DNA of 64,000 nucleotides from IMG/VR virus record IMGVR_UViG_3300036766_000678, positions 32,001 to 96,000 of that record. The stretch is one strand, 5' to 3'. The first letter of the stretch is position 1; each line of letters starts with the position of its first letter. Position numbers and translations under genes: made by a program. The DNA is from a virus. The notes under the pieces were generated by a model. The model ran no database searches. It saw only the letters and a list, made by a program, of their open reading frames with translations, and was not told the origin of the DNA. This document shows positions 1-8,533 of this stretch, piece after piece.

Positions 1-312
1 TTTGGCAGTAGCTTTTTCAATCATACTAGCCGACCCTCTTGATTTTCCATCCCAACAAATTATAAGAGCATCTGCATTATCAGCCATAATACCGTTTCGT
101 ATTGGTCCCGCTGCTTTGCTATAAATTTTCCAATCTGGAAGAAACACTTTAATAGGTATTCCATTCTTATTGGCCCAGTCTATTCCTAATTGATCTACTC
201 CCGAAGCTCCACCTGAAATAACCAAATTAACTTGAAAACCACTATCTTTAATAGCTTTCTCAAGCTCTAATGGATCTGTAATTGTTCTACTTCCAGCTAT
301 TATTACACGCAT
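1..312 (-). CDS. SLOG-family (DUF2493/YspA-like) protein, 3' end runs off window
   Basis: Not in ORF track. Hand translation from ATG at 312: MRVIIAGSRT...VISGGASGVDQLG...DWKIYSKAAGPIRNGIMADNADALIICWDGKSRGS, typical DUF2493 motifs; no stop before base 1. Confidence 0.85.
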   Translation of the reverse strand, partial: MRVIIAGSRTITDPLELEKAIKDSGFQVNLVISGGASGVDQLGIDWANKNGIPIKVFLPDWKIYSKAAGPIRNGIMADNADALIICWDGKSRGSASMIEKATAK

Positions 313-493
313 ATTTCCACTCAAGATATTCTAAGTTATCTTCTGAAACATACCCAAGACAACGGCATTCATCCCATGAATTTGTTACTTGGACTAAACA
401 TCCACGTTCTTCATAACTATCTATAAGAGCCCAATTTTTTAAATGGGCAAACTTATGATGACCGCATGTTCTACATCTTCCCTGCTTATCCAT
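287..493 (-). CDS. small Cys/His-rich protein, paralog of 28702..28956
   Basis: CxxCGHxxxxH ... C..C ... DNLEYLEWKY, shared with the 28.7-28.9 kb ORF. Confidence 0.7.
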   Translation of the reverse strand: MDKQGRCRTCGHHKFAHLKNWALIDSYEERGCLVQVTNSWDECRCLGYVSEDNLEYLEWKYACNNSWK

Positions 494-505
494 TATTGAA
501 AAGGC

Positions 506-658
506 TCATTTATCTAACTCCATCATTTGTGCGTATAATTGTATTGCCATTTCTCTCGGGTATCTTTTTGCGGCAAGTTCTTGAGAGACATTTCCAGCGG
601 ATTGCCATAGAGCATCTAAAATTGCATTAATGGCATAGGATTCTTTTATATCATTCAT
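506..658 (-). CDS. hypothetical protein (50 aa)
   Basis: Hand-translated ORF MNDIKESYAINAILDALWQ..., fills the gap and overlaps the upstream stop (ATGA). Confidence 0.55.
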   Translation of the reverse strand: MNDIKESYAINAILDALWQSAGNVSQELAAKRYPREMAIQLYAQMMELDK

Positions 659-852
659 ACATTCATCTTTTCCAGCACTTCAACTACCATATATTCTTTT
701 CTTGCTAATTCTAAATGCTTATAACAATAAATTCCATAACCGTTACCTTCTGCATCAGTTAACTCCCGAACAGCCAAATTATCACAAAGATAGCCTGAAG
801 GCAACCTATAGAAACATAAACCATTTTTCTTTGTGTGCCATTTAGTACACAT
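655..852 (-). CDS. hypothetical Cys/His-containing protein
   Basis: ORF track; tight packing with neighbours. Confidence 0.55.
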   Translation of the reverse strand: MCTKWHTKKNGLCFYRLPSGYLCDNLAVRELTDAEGNGYGIYCYKHLELARKEYMVVEVLEKMNV

Positions 853-1970
853 TAAATATTTACCCCTATTGTACTTCGATTACAAATTGGACACACTCCT
901 GCTACTTTAAGCATATCAGAATATTGCTTTGAAGTCTCTTGATATTTTTGCTCTACTTGTCCCAACTCATCAGTCTTACTTACAAGTTCATTTTGATTTT
1001 TAGCAATTCTACTAGCTAGATCTAGTAAAATCTTGTTATGTCCAACTTTCTGGACCATAACAGGTATAACGTCCAAAGAAATGGACGTTAAGAGTTCTTG
1101 GAGCTTAGTTTGCTTATCAAATGTTAGATTAAACTCTGAAATTCTACTGCATAATTTGCGAAAGGTATCAATTTTTGATACTTTTTGCAAAAGAGACTCA
1201 ATATTACCTACCTCAACTTTGGTTAAAACAGCTTCTTTAGCCGTTTCTTGCTGCCACGATGCCTTCCAACCATTAACTCGCTCAAATAGGCTTCTGATTG
1301 CGTTTAATCGGCCTTCCTGAACACTAAGAGAAGCCAATCTAGCCTCTATTTCCTGTACCAACAAGGCAAACTGCTCAATTTGAGCAAGTTTATCTACCTG
1401 ACCTTGTAATTCCACTAGCTCTTTCTCTTTAATTACCTTTTCAGTTGAATAACTACGCCCCTCACGATTTATTTCTCGAATTGCAGAATCTAAAATGTGG
1501 GCACCTGAAAGCTTACCAAAGACTTTCGCCTTGTAACTATTTGATTGGCTTAAGAGAAAGAGATTTTCAAGCTGAGACGACAGATTCAGATTAATGGAAT
1601 CTTTAGAATCTATTTGTACTTCATGTATTCTTAAAGCTTTTTGAACAGCCTCTGGAACCCCTACCCCGAAATTCTCGAATGTCTGGGGTTGGGCACCAGG
1701 AAGAGTAAGAATATATTTATTAACCTTATCCCCTTTCTGACGCTCAACAATAATTCCTGTATCTGTTTCGATTATAATACGGGCAAACTTACAACCACTT
1801 CTCACCCAAGACTTATCAAAATTTCCAAATAATACACAAGACAAAGCTCTGCTAACAGACGATTTTCCTACATTAGAAACACCTACAATAGTTGACAGAT
1901 GGGGAGAAAATTCAAATACTGAATTTTCGTGGGATTGGAAGTTCTCCAACTTTAAAGTCTTTATATACAT
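852..1970 (-). CDS. SbcC/Rad50/gp46-like ATPase, N-terminal half ending at a CPIC zinc hook
   Basis: LKLENFQSH, Walker A GVSNVGKS, coiled coil, terminal CPICNR; no LSGG or Walker B. Confidence 0.8.
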   Translation of the reverse strand: MYIKTLKLENFQSHENSVFEFSPHLSTIVGVSNVGKSSVSRALSCVLFGNFDKSWVRSGCKFARIIIETDTGIIVERQKGDKVNKYILTLPGAQPQTFENFGVGVPEAVQKALRIHEVQIDSKDSINLNLSSQLENLFLLSQSNSYKAKVFGKLSGAHILDSAIREINREGRSYSTEKVIKEKELVELQGQVDKLAQIEQFALLVQEIEARLASLSVQEGRLNAIRSLFERVNGWKASWQQETAKEAVLTKVEVGNIESLLQKVSKIDTFRKLCSRISEFNLTFDKQTKLQELLTSISLDVIPVMVQKVGHNKILLDLASRIAKNQNELVSKTDELGQVEQKYQETSKQYSDMLKVAGVCPICNRSTIGVNI

Positions 1971-1978
1971 TCAAACTA

Positions 1979-2407
1979 TTAGGCATTTACAGGCGAGATG
2001 ACTTTACTGAAAAATTCATCCTTGTGTTCATGATTCAAGCCTATTTTATTAAGCAGAAATTTAAAATCTGTCAAGTCTGGACGAAGCAACTTATATTCAG
2101 ATTTATCCTTCGCATTTAGATCTATGCGCGACAATTCCCGAAAAAGAAGAAGAGCCCTGTCAACAAGCTTATTCAAAACCCAAGCTTGCTTATGAATTTG
2201 AATAATTATCTTTTTACCAGTCAGAGTTCTATATAGGCCATTGGTTACATTCGTTTTCACTTCCCATGAATTCTTATCTCTATCAAGAAAAATCAAACAT
2301 AAATCTTTTCTTCCGATGTGGATAAATCTGTCGGGAAATTTATTAAAGAGTGTGTCTACCATTGTTGTTACATCACTTGTTACATCTGAGTACTTGCCTT
2401 TTGCCAT
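1979..2407 (-). CDS. phage metallopeptidase-like protein with degenerate HExxH
   Basis: IIIQI..QAW....RALLLFRELSRI...KLLRPDLTDF...KIGL matches the W..ALxDHELxH...HDxxxF...GL pattern with the His residues lost. Confidence 0.5.
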   Translation of the reverse strand: MAKGKYSDVTSDVTTMVDTLFNKFPDRFIHIGRKDLCLIFLDRDKNSWEVKTNVTNGLYRTLTGKKIIIQIHKQAWVLNKLVDRALLLFRELSRIDLNAKDKSEYKLLRPDLTDFKFLLNKIGLNHEHKDEFFSKVISPVNA

Positions 2408-2408
2408 T

Positions 2409-2588
2409 TTACTTGCTCCTTTTCTTGTTTAAGAATGTAGTAATCTCTTTTGCAAATGCCCTATCATACACAGTAGCTACAACATTAGGGAATCCTTCAT
2501 CATCAATTTCTTTTAAATCTTCAATGTCATATGTATAATAATCATCGAAGTCTTGATCAGCAATTCGTACAACTTTATATCTATCCAT
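2409..2588 (-). CDS. hypothetical acidic protein (59 aa)
   Basis: Hand-translated MDRYKVVRIADQDFDDYY..., fills gap. Confidence 0.55.
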   Translation of the reverse strand: MDRYKVVRIADQDFDDYYTYDIEDLKEIDDEGFPNVVATVYDRAFAKEITTFLNKKRSK

Positions 2589-2757
2589 TTTTCTTTACCT
2601 TCTTTGTTGTAATTGTATTTTCTACTCTAACCATATGTTCTCTTATAGCTAGTTCCAATGTTTCTTGTGGTGTCTTTCCAAGACTTGCTGCCAACAACTT
2701 AAGCTCTTTTTCATCTTTGCCTGTAAAAGTTACAACTCTGCCCTTCATTTTAATCAT
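2581..2757 (-). CDS. small hypothetical protein, possibly ribbon-helix-helix-like (58 aa)
   Basis: Hand-translated MIKMKGRVVTFTGKDEKELKLLAASLGKTPQETLELAIREH; GAGGAG SD upstream. Confidence 0.5.
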   Translation of the reverse strand: MIKMKGRVVTFTGKDEKELKLLAASLGKTPQETLELAIREHMVRVENTITTKKVKKNG

Positions 2758-2776
2758 TTTAATTTATCTCCTCTAT

Positions 2777-4192
2777 TTATTTTAATTCCCATTTAGTTTT
2801 ACCACAATCATAAATACGATAAAACCCCTTCTTTTGAGCTTCTAATTCTTCATCCATTCCAGCTTTAACTCTAAAATTAAATTTATGAACTCTTTTAAAA
2901 CTATCTGTATACTCGTAATCTGGAGGTAGTTCTTTAACTTTCCCAAATCCAAGCTTCTGATACATACTGCCATCGAATAAACGATTATCTGAAAAAGTAA
3001 CTATGGAAACAACATCCGGTATATTTTCTTTAGCCCAAGTTAATGCCTTACTATGTGGATTCCAAGCTTTAAAGTTATGATCCCAAAATGCTCTGTTCCA
3101 ATCTAAAATCCCATTGAGCGACTTCTTAAAAGACCATCCACCAATAACTTGATCCCTATAGTATGCTAAAAGATATTTGGTAGCGTATACTTTTCTACCA
3201 GAAAGATAATGAAATTTGTCATGTACTTCTTGAAATTCTTCCTGGGATACTTCTTTTATTTCAAAATTATAAATACGTTTTGAATTCTTGAAAGATCCAC
3301 AAGCATTTAAAATAAGATTTAGAAAGATATCTTTATGATGAATCCACTCATCTGAAAAAATACCTATATATTTAATTCCCAATTCTTTCAATTGATTGTA
3401 CTTTTCAAAATCTTTTTGCATACGACCATTTTTAAATTTAGAACTATGCCACAATATTCCATTATATTCAATGGCAACTTTAGACATAGGATCGTAAATA
3501 TCTAATTCTTTTCTTACTAATATACCTCTAACACTAAATTTTAATTTAGGAAGATAAGTTTTTAGAATATTATACACATTTTTAGATGCCTTTGAAGTAG
3601 GTCTAGGGAAAATCCACCCACAACCACAGGATTGAGATTTATTATCAGCCACATCTGCAAATCTAATATATTTCTCTTTTCCACAATCACATCTAAATAA
3701 ATATTTTAATTCCTCTCTAGGCATAATAAAATCTGGCAGATCCTTATCTAATAATTGTAATTTACCAAATTTCTTAGACAACCAATATTGTTTAGACATT
3801 CTACTACATTCACCACAACTAACTGACAGCCCCTTAACTGCCGTAGAAAAACATATCTTCTTCTCAATTCCACATTTACATTTAAATAAATATTTAGTAT
3901 TTGTAGACGGGGCAATGAGAGGAGGTAAATTTAAATCAATAAGAATCCAATCACTAAAATTTTTATTTAACCAATACTCTTTTGTTTTTGAAGTACATTG
4001 TCTGCACGACTTGGATTTTCCTTCAATAACATCTTTAAATATAATTATTTTCTCAGTACCGCACTCACATTTAAATAAGAACTTCTTATGAGAATGTGGG
4101 GATAACTTATCAGGTAAATTATTATTTACTAAAGATAATTTACCAAATTTCTTAACTAACCAGTATTCTTTAGAATAACTTTCTTTTGTCAT
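2777..4192 (-). CDS. Hef-like free-standing endonuclease: 3 Cys-rich repeats + PD-(D/E)XK/Vsr-like nuclease + Mom-like GNAT C-terminal domain
   Basis: 3x KFGKL..LP..F(K/R)CxCG..SCxxC; ELDIY..AIEYNG.LWHS; HYL..WNR..TFSDNRLFDGSMYQKLGF..YRIYDCG. Confidence 0.75.
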   Translation of the reverse strand: MTKESYSKEYWLVKKFGKLSLVNNNLPDKLSPHSHKKFLFKCECGTEKIIIFKDVIEGKSKSCRQCTSKTKEYWLNKNFSDWILIDLNLPPLIAPSTNTKYLFKCKCGIEKKICFSTAVKGLSVSCGECSRMSKQYWLSKKFGKLQLLDKDLPDFIMPREELKYLFRCDCGKEKYIRFADVADNKSQSCGCGWIFPRPTSKASKNVYNILKTYLPKLKFSVRGILVRKELDIYDPMSKVAIEYNGILWHSSKFKNGRMQKDFEKYNQLKELGIKYIGIFSDEWIHHKDIFLNLILNACGSFKNSKRIYNFEIKEVSQEEFQEVHDKFHYLSGRKVYATKYLLAYYRDQVIGGWSFKKSLNGILDWNRAFWDHNFKAWNPHSKALTWAKENIPDVVSIVTFSDNRLFDGSMYQKLGFGKVKELPPDYEYTDSFKRVHKFNFRVKAGMDEELEAQKKGFYRIYDCGKTKWELK

Positions 4193-4197
4193 AGTTA

Positions 4198-6669
4198 TTA
4201 ATCGTCAAAATCAGGACAAATATCATCTAGTCTATTTCCTAATGGGGAAAAAGTTCCTGTAGGATTGAATCCCGTAATTTTATTAAAATCTTTTCCTTTA
4301 ACTGCTTTTACAGCTTGCTTAAAATGACTTTCTGTAAGAAGAAGCTTGTTATTAGCATCGTAAGCCTTTTCATCTATAGCATAGATAACTGCTAAATTAC
4401 AAAGTTCCCGTACTTGTGCTCCCGTCATTTTTTCAGATTCTTTACCAGCGACTTCATTTAAAAAGGGAAGTGCCTCATCAACTAATCCATTGCTAAATAC
4501 CTTTAGCATTTGTAATCGTTCATTTTTATTTGGCAAAGGAAAATCAACCACTTTATCAAAACGCCCAGGCCGATTTAGAAGAGCTGTCTCTAATACTTCT
4601 TTATTATTAGTAGTAGCGATTGTAATAATATCAGTATTTTCTTGAACTCCATCGAGTTGATTCATCATTTCCCCCAACAAAGCAGGATTATGATTAGTTG
4701 CCCTATCCCCGCCGTAAAGGTCTATATCTTCGAGTAGCATAATAGTAGGTGAAAGATCTTTGCATAATTGAACAATTTGTGCAATCTTTCTAGCCCCACC
4801 TTCCAAATGTTTTGGTGTCACCCAAACAAGAGTCCACTGCACTTGATTACACAATACCTTTGCCAACATCGACTTACCAGTATTATGATGTATTGTAAAA
4901 TCTCCTGTGAGATATAAATGATCTTTAGGCAAAGCAAAACCATAATAAGAATCAATCGAAAGCTTTTCTATACCAAACCCAACACGACGAACATCCTTGT
5001 TCATTATTCGTTTTATACATTTTTTACGTTTTAATAATACAGGAACTTTATACACATCCCCAAAAATACTAATTCTAAAATATTCTCCTTCAAAATACTT
5101 ATGATCTCTAATATAACAACCTTTAGTACATAATTTTTTGGAGGCAGAAAAACCTAAAGATCGACATAAGTAAACAATATTATCTGCTAAGTCTTCAGAT
5201 TTTGTAATGTAATCGAAAGATTTACCTCTACCTCGTCTACTAGCAACTCCACCAGTTTTATCTGCATATCCATCAGTATCAATTAAACCTGCGAGTAATT
5301 CCAATCTATCTTTTTCATTAGAAGTTAAATACTCAAATGGAATATGTTTATTATTTAATACATTTAGATTTTTAAGTTTATCAAGAAATTTATTCTCATT
5401 ATAACCTGTATGGCCATTAGTCAATCTAACAGTTATACTTTTATTATTTCCACCTTTATATGCAATCGAATACCCCAATCCTAATTTTTTTCCATAGTTA
5501 ATCCAAGCATCAAAAATAGGTTGATCCATGGTAGTCAACGCTGTTTCTTTAGATGTACCATCTCCAAGCCAAAGACCTAAAATATATGGTGGAATAGATA
5601 AATCTTTTTTGGAAAAAGTAATGCCTGTTCTTACTAATTTTAACCTATTTCTAACAGAAGGTTTTATTGTTAAAAAATCTTTTACAGTTATATTCATTGG
5701 AAATTGGAAATTCATTTCTTTACCAGAAAATTCTAAATGTAAAATATGATGCCCATTCACTACAAAAGATTCCCCTTTATTGGGAATAATCTTATACATA
5801 GTTTCTTGGCCATTAGCTAATTGCAATACTTCTCTACTTGTACTATCTGGTCCCATCAATAAATCCCCAACCTTAACATCTTCAACATTCTTAGTTGTTC
5901 CATCATACATAAGAATCTTAGTACCTTTTGCATGGCATCCTGGCTGACCACTTAAAATTAATCCACGCTTAACTTGCAAACCATTCTTACGGTAAATTTC
6001 CCTTGACTCAATAAGATTCAAAAGATTTGTTCTAATATCATCTTTAATTTTCTCAGGCAAGATAAGATCTGACCAGTCATATTTTTTGTCAAATTTAATA
6101 AAATTACAATGAGGATCAATTTTCTTACCCCGTAAAAAGTTATGCTCTTCTCCATATTTCTTCATCTCTTCTAAAAAAGCATTAGCGTCTGGAACAGAAT
6201 CTTTTCTACTTGCAAATTTAAATTTGTAGTCATCTCTATAACCTTCAGATAACCCAATAATATACCTTACCTTATCATTCGAAATGAAATAATGACCATA
6301 TCCTAATCTACTAACTTTTTCTGTTTCTGATATTTCAATACTACTAAAAGAGGGAGCATATTCCCCGTCACTCTCAATTCCAATAACTCGATCAATATTT
6401 AAACCTTTGCTTTTTATAAAATCTGGAAGTATATATCTAAAAACAAGAGAATTTGCGAGAGGACATGTAAAATCTGCAAAAACAACATCATCAAGTGAAT
6501 CTGCCTGAAGAAATCTTTTAAAAGAGCCCATTTGATAGTCATTATTCCAACGGGATTCCTTAAGGGCCTCAACGTAATTTTTTGCGGTCATATTTTGAGA
6601 AAGTATGGGCGGTATATTATCAAAAGATGATTGCTCTTGGTGTTTAGGTGGTTTGGGGTGATTTGACAT
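4198..6669 (-). CDS. AAA+ ATPase (FtsH/PAN/CDC48-like ATPase module) interrupted by an intein
   Basis: WSDLILP, RGLILSGQPG|TGKS (split Walker A), Walker B MLLEDID, ATTN, NRPGRFD, MTGAQVRELC. Confidence 0.9.
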   Translation of the reverse strand: MSNHPKPPKHQEQSSFDNIPPILSQNMTAKNYVEALKESRWNNDYQMGSFKRFLQADSLDDVVFADFTCPLANSLVFRYILPDFIKSKGLNIDRVIGIESDGEYAPSFSSIEISETEKVSRLGYGHYFISNDKVRYIIGLSEGYRDDYKFKFASRKDSVPDANAFLEEMKKYGEEHNFLRGKKIDPHCNFIKFDKKYDWSDLILPEKIKDDIRTNLLNLIESREIYRKNGLQVKRGLILSGQPGCHAKGTKILMYDGTTKNVEDVKVGDLLMGPDSTSREVLQLANGQETMYKIIPNKGESFVVNGHHILHLEFSGKEMNFQFPMNITVKDFLTIKPSVRNRLKLVRTGITFSKKDLSIPPYILGLWLGDGTSKETALTTMDQPIFDAWINYGKKLGLGYSIAYKGGNNKSITVRLTNGHTGYNENKFLDKLKNLNVLNNKHIPFEYLTSNEKDRLELLAGLIDTDGYADKTGGVASRRGRGKSFDYITKSEDLADNIVYLCRSLGFSASKKLCTKGCYIRDHKYFEGEYFRISIFGDVYKVPVLLKRKKCIKRIMNKDVRRVGFGIEKLSIDSYYGFALPKDHLYLTGDFTIHHNTGKSMLAKVLCNQVQWTLVWVTPKHLEGGARKIAQIVQLCKDLSPTIMLLEDIDLYGGDRATNHNPALLGEMMNQLDGVQENTDIITIATTNNKEVLETALLNRPGRFDKVVDFPLPNKNERLQMLKVFSNGLVDEALPFLNEVAGKESEKMTGAQVRELCNLAVIYAIDEKAYDANNKLLLTESHFKQAVKAVKGKDFNKITGFNPTGTFSPLGNRLDDICPDFDD
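4882..5937 (-). mobile_element. intein (352 aa) with LAGLIDADG endonuclease in the Walker A loop of the AAA ATPase
   Basis: Starts CHAKGTKILMYDG, ends LYLTGDFTIHHN followed by Thr; LGLWLGDG and LLAGLIDTDG motifs. Confidence 0.93.
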
Positions 6670-6678
6670 AAATATTCC

Positions 6679-7986
6679 TTAAGCTAACTCGTAATTAAAA
6701 GGTCGAATTATACGTTCATATTTCTTTTCTTTATCTGCTTCGGAGACAAACAACCAACGACTATCTCCTACAACAAATTTAGAATTAGTTTCCCACATAA
6801 CCTGTACAGGATTATTACTCATTATTCCTACACCTTGAGCATAACTATCAGTCCCGATCATGCTACCATTAATTATTATCTGAATGCCTGAGTTTGTTTG
6901 AAAATGGCAAGGCTGGTGAACATGCCCAAAAATAAATAAAGAAAAAGGTTTCCTATGATGAATACGTTCTTCCTCATTAACCCGATGAGCTTGAACTTCA
7001 ATTCGTTCCGTATTAATACTCTTTCCAGGATTGCCTGTGATAAATACTCCATCTGAATGTGTTAAATATACCCTATGTTTTTGAACACGAATTTCTGCAT
7101 AAGGACTTTTTGGGACAACAACTTCAATCTTTGAATCTTTAGAAAAATAACGAGACAAAGAATAAAATATAATATTTTCAAAAGAATCATACTTTTGAGA
7201 AAGAGCACGGCCCTTATCAGCCTTGTGTTGAAATCTGCCGTGGTTGCCAGGAACACATACAATTCGAATCTTTGGAAAAAGATCTTTAATATATTCGAAA
7301 CCCTGAATAAAATAGCTTAATGCCCCATTTACTTGATGAGTAATCAAATCATAATCAGGTCCTTCTTGATTATGTATAATGCCACCAATCAAATCCCCTC
7401 CAAGAAGAAATACAACTTCTTGATGCAAACTTCTCTGTTCCATTTTATAAGTGGCAATCTGATCTATGATAAAACCAAAACGACGAGCAGCAATTTCCCA
7501 ATTAAACTCATTTTTTCCACCCAGCTCTTCTTTATCAACGTGAGTACCAAAATGTACATCGGTTAAAGCAACACAAATAGAACGTGGAGTAGCATCATGC
7601 AATTCTTTTGTGGCAACTCCTTTGATATATTCTTTTGTTGTCTTTTCATCCAGAATCTTAGGCTCTACTTTAACCTTGCTTAATGTTTTAACAAGGGATT
7701 CAGTAAGTTGTTCTGAAAACATCTCCCAAGATCCATATTTTTTTTCTAATTTGGACAAATATAATTTGCGTTGTTTATTAAGTTCTATATCTTTAAGCTG
7801 TTTTTCAAACGGAAAATAAGTATTTAAAACAGTAGAAAAACCCCCCACCTTCCGCAAATCCCATTCAGAAATTTTAGACAATTCTTTAAACTGAGCTTTT
7901 CCCAACTTATATGGTTCTAACCCAAGCTTATCTGAAATTCGTTCAATTTCTTTTACAATATCTTTCACTAATTTGCTATCGGACAT
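6679..7986 (-). CDS. calcineurin-like metallophosphoesterase with N-terminal helical domain
   Basis: TDVHFG, GGDL, PGNHGR, THSD, GHVH motifs. Confidence 0.85.
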   Translation of the reverse strand: MSDSKLVKDIVKEIERISDKLGLEPYKLGKAQFKELSKISEWDLRKVGGFSTVLNTYFPFEKQLKDIELNKQRKLYLSKLEKKYGSWEMFSEQLTESLVKTLSKVKVEPKILDEKTTKEYIKGVATKELHDATPRSICVALTDVHFGTHVDKEELGGKNEFNWEIAARRFGFIIDQIATYKMEQRSLHQEVVFLLGGDLIGGIIHNQEGPDYDLITHQVNGALSYFIQGFEYIKDLFPKIRIVCVPGNHGRFQHKADKGRALSQKYDSFENIIFYSLSRYFSKDSKIEVVVPKSPYAEIRVQKHRVYLTHSDGVFITGNPGKSINTERIEVQAHRVNEEERIHHRKPFSLFIFGHVHQPCHFQTNSGIQIIINGSMIGTDSYAQGVGIMSNNPVQVMWETNSKFVVGDSRWLFVSEADKEKKYERIIRPFNYELA

Positions 7987-8025
7987 TTTATAACTCCTTT
8001 ATATCTAAACTTTAAAGACTTCGCA

Positions 8026-8169
8026 TTACGGCAATAAACGCATAATTACTATACAAACACTAGATGCCCCTAGGAAATAAAAAGCCCAAGGAAGTGGCGC
8101 GATATAGGACGCGCCATAAAAGGCACTTGCAGCAGTGGCTAACAATGTTTTAACGATTACGGGGTTCAT
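8026..8169 (-). CDS. small membrane protein (47 aa)
   Basis: Hand-translated MNPVIVKTLLATAASAFYGASYIAPLPWAFYFLGASSVCIVIMRLLP; AGGAG SD. Confidence 0.6.
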   Translation of the reverse strand: MNPVIVKTLLATAASAFYGASYIAPLPWAFYFLGASSVCIVIMRLLP

Positions 8170-8182
8170 ATTAATTCTCCTT

Positions 8183-8530
8183 TTACCACAATTTGAAATG
8201 TACTGCTACATGTGTATTGTGTGTTTCTGTTGGGTCATTTGCCGCTAATAACTCGTACTTCTCGTATGCTGCTCCTACACTAAAATATACTCTAGGAGTG
8301 AGAGAATAATTAATGTCCAATCCTCCAGACCTATCTCGAAATCCTTTATTTGTATCAAAAGACCCATAAGGAGCTAAACTTAACGGGCCATATAAAGGCT
8401 GTGTAATATTTAAATTTACAGATGTACCATTTCCAAGAGTAGAATTATGATTTCCTCCTACGGTAAGCCAAGCCTCAGAAAAAGCACAAGTAGGTACTAA
8501 CAAGATTATAAAAAGTTTTAATAGTTTCAT
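8183..8530 (-). CDS. secreted beta-strand protein, probable small outer-membrane beta-barrel
   Basis: Signal peptide (..CAFS-EA), amphipathic strands, C-terminal VAVHFKLW aromatic beta-signal. Confidence 0.6.
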   Translation of the reverse strand: MKLLKLFIILLVPTCAFSEAWLTVGGNHNSTLGNGTSVNLNITQPLYGPLSLAPYGSFDTNKGFRDRSGGLDINYSLTPRVYFSVGAAYEKYELLAANDPTETHNTHVAVHFKLW

Positions 8531-8533
8531 ATT

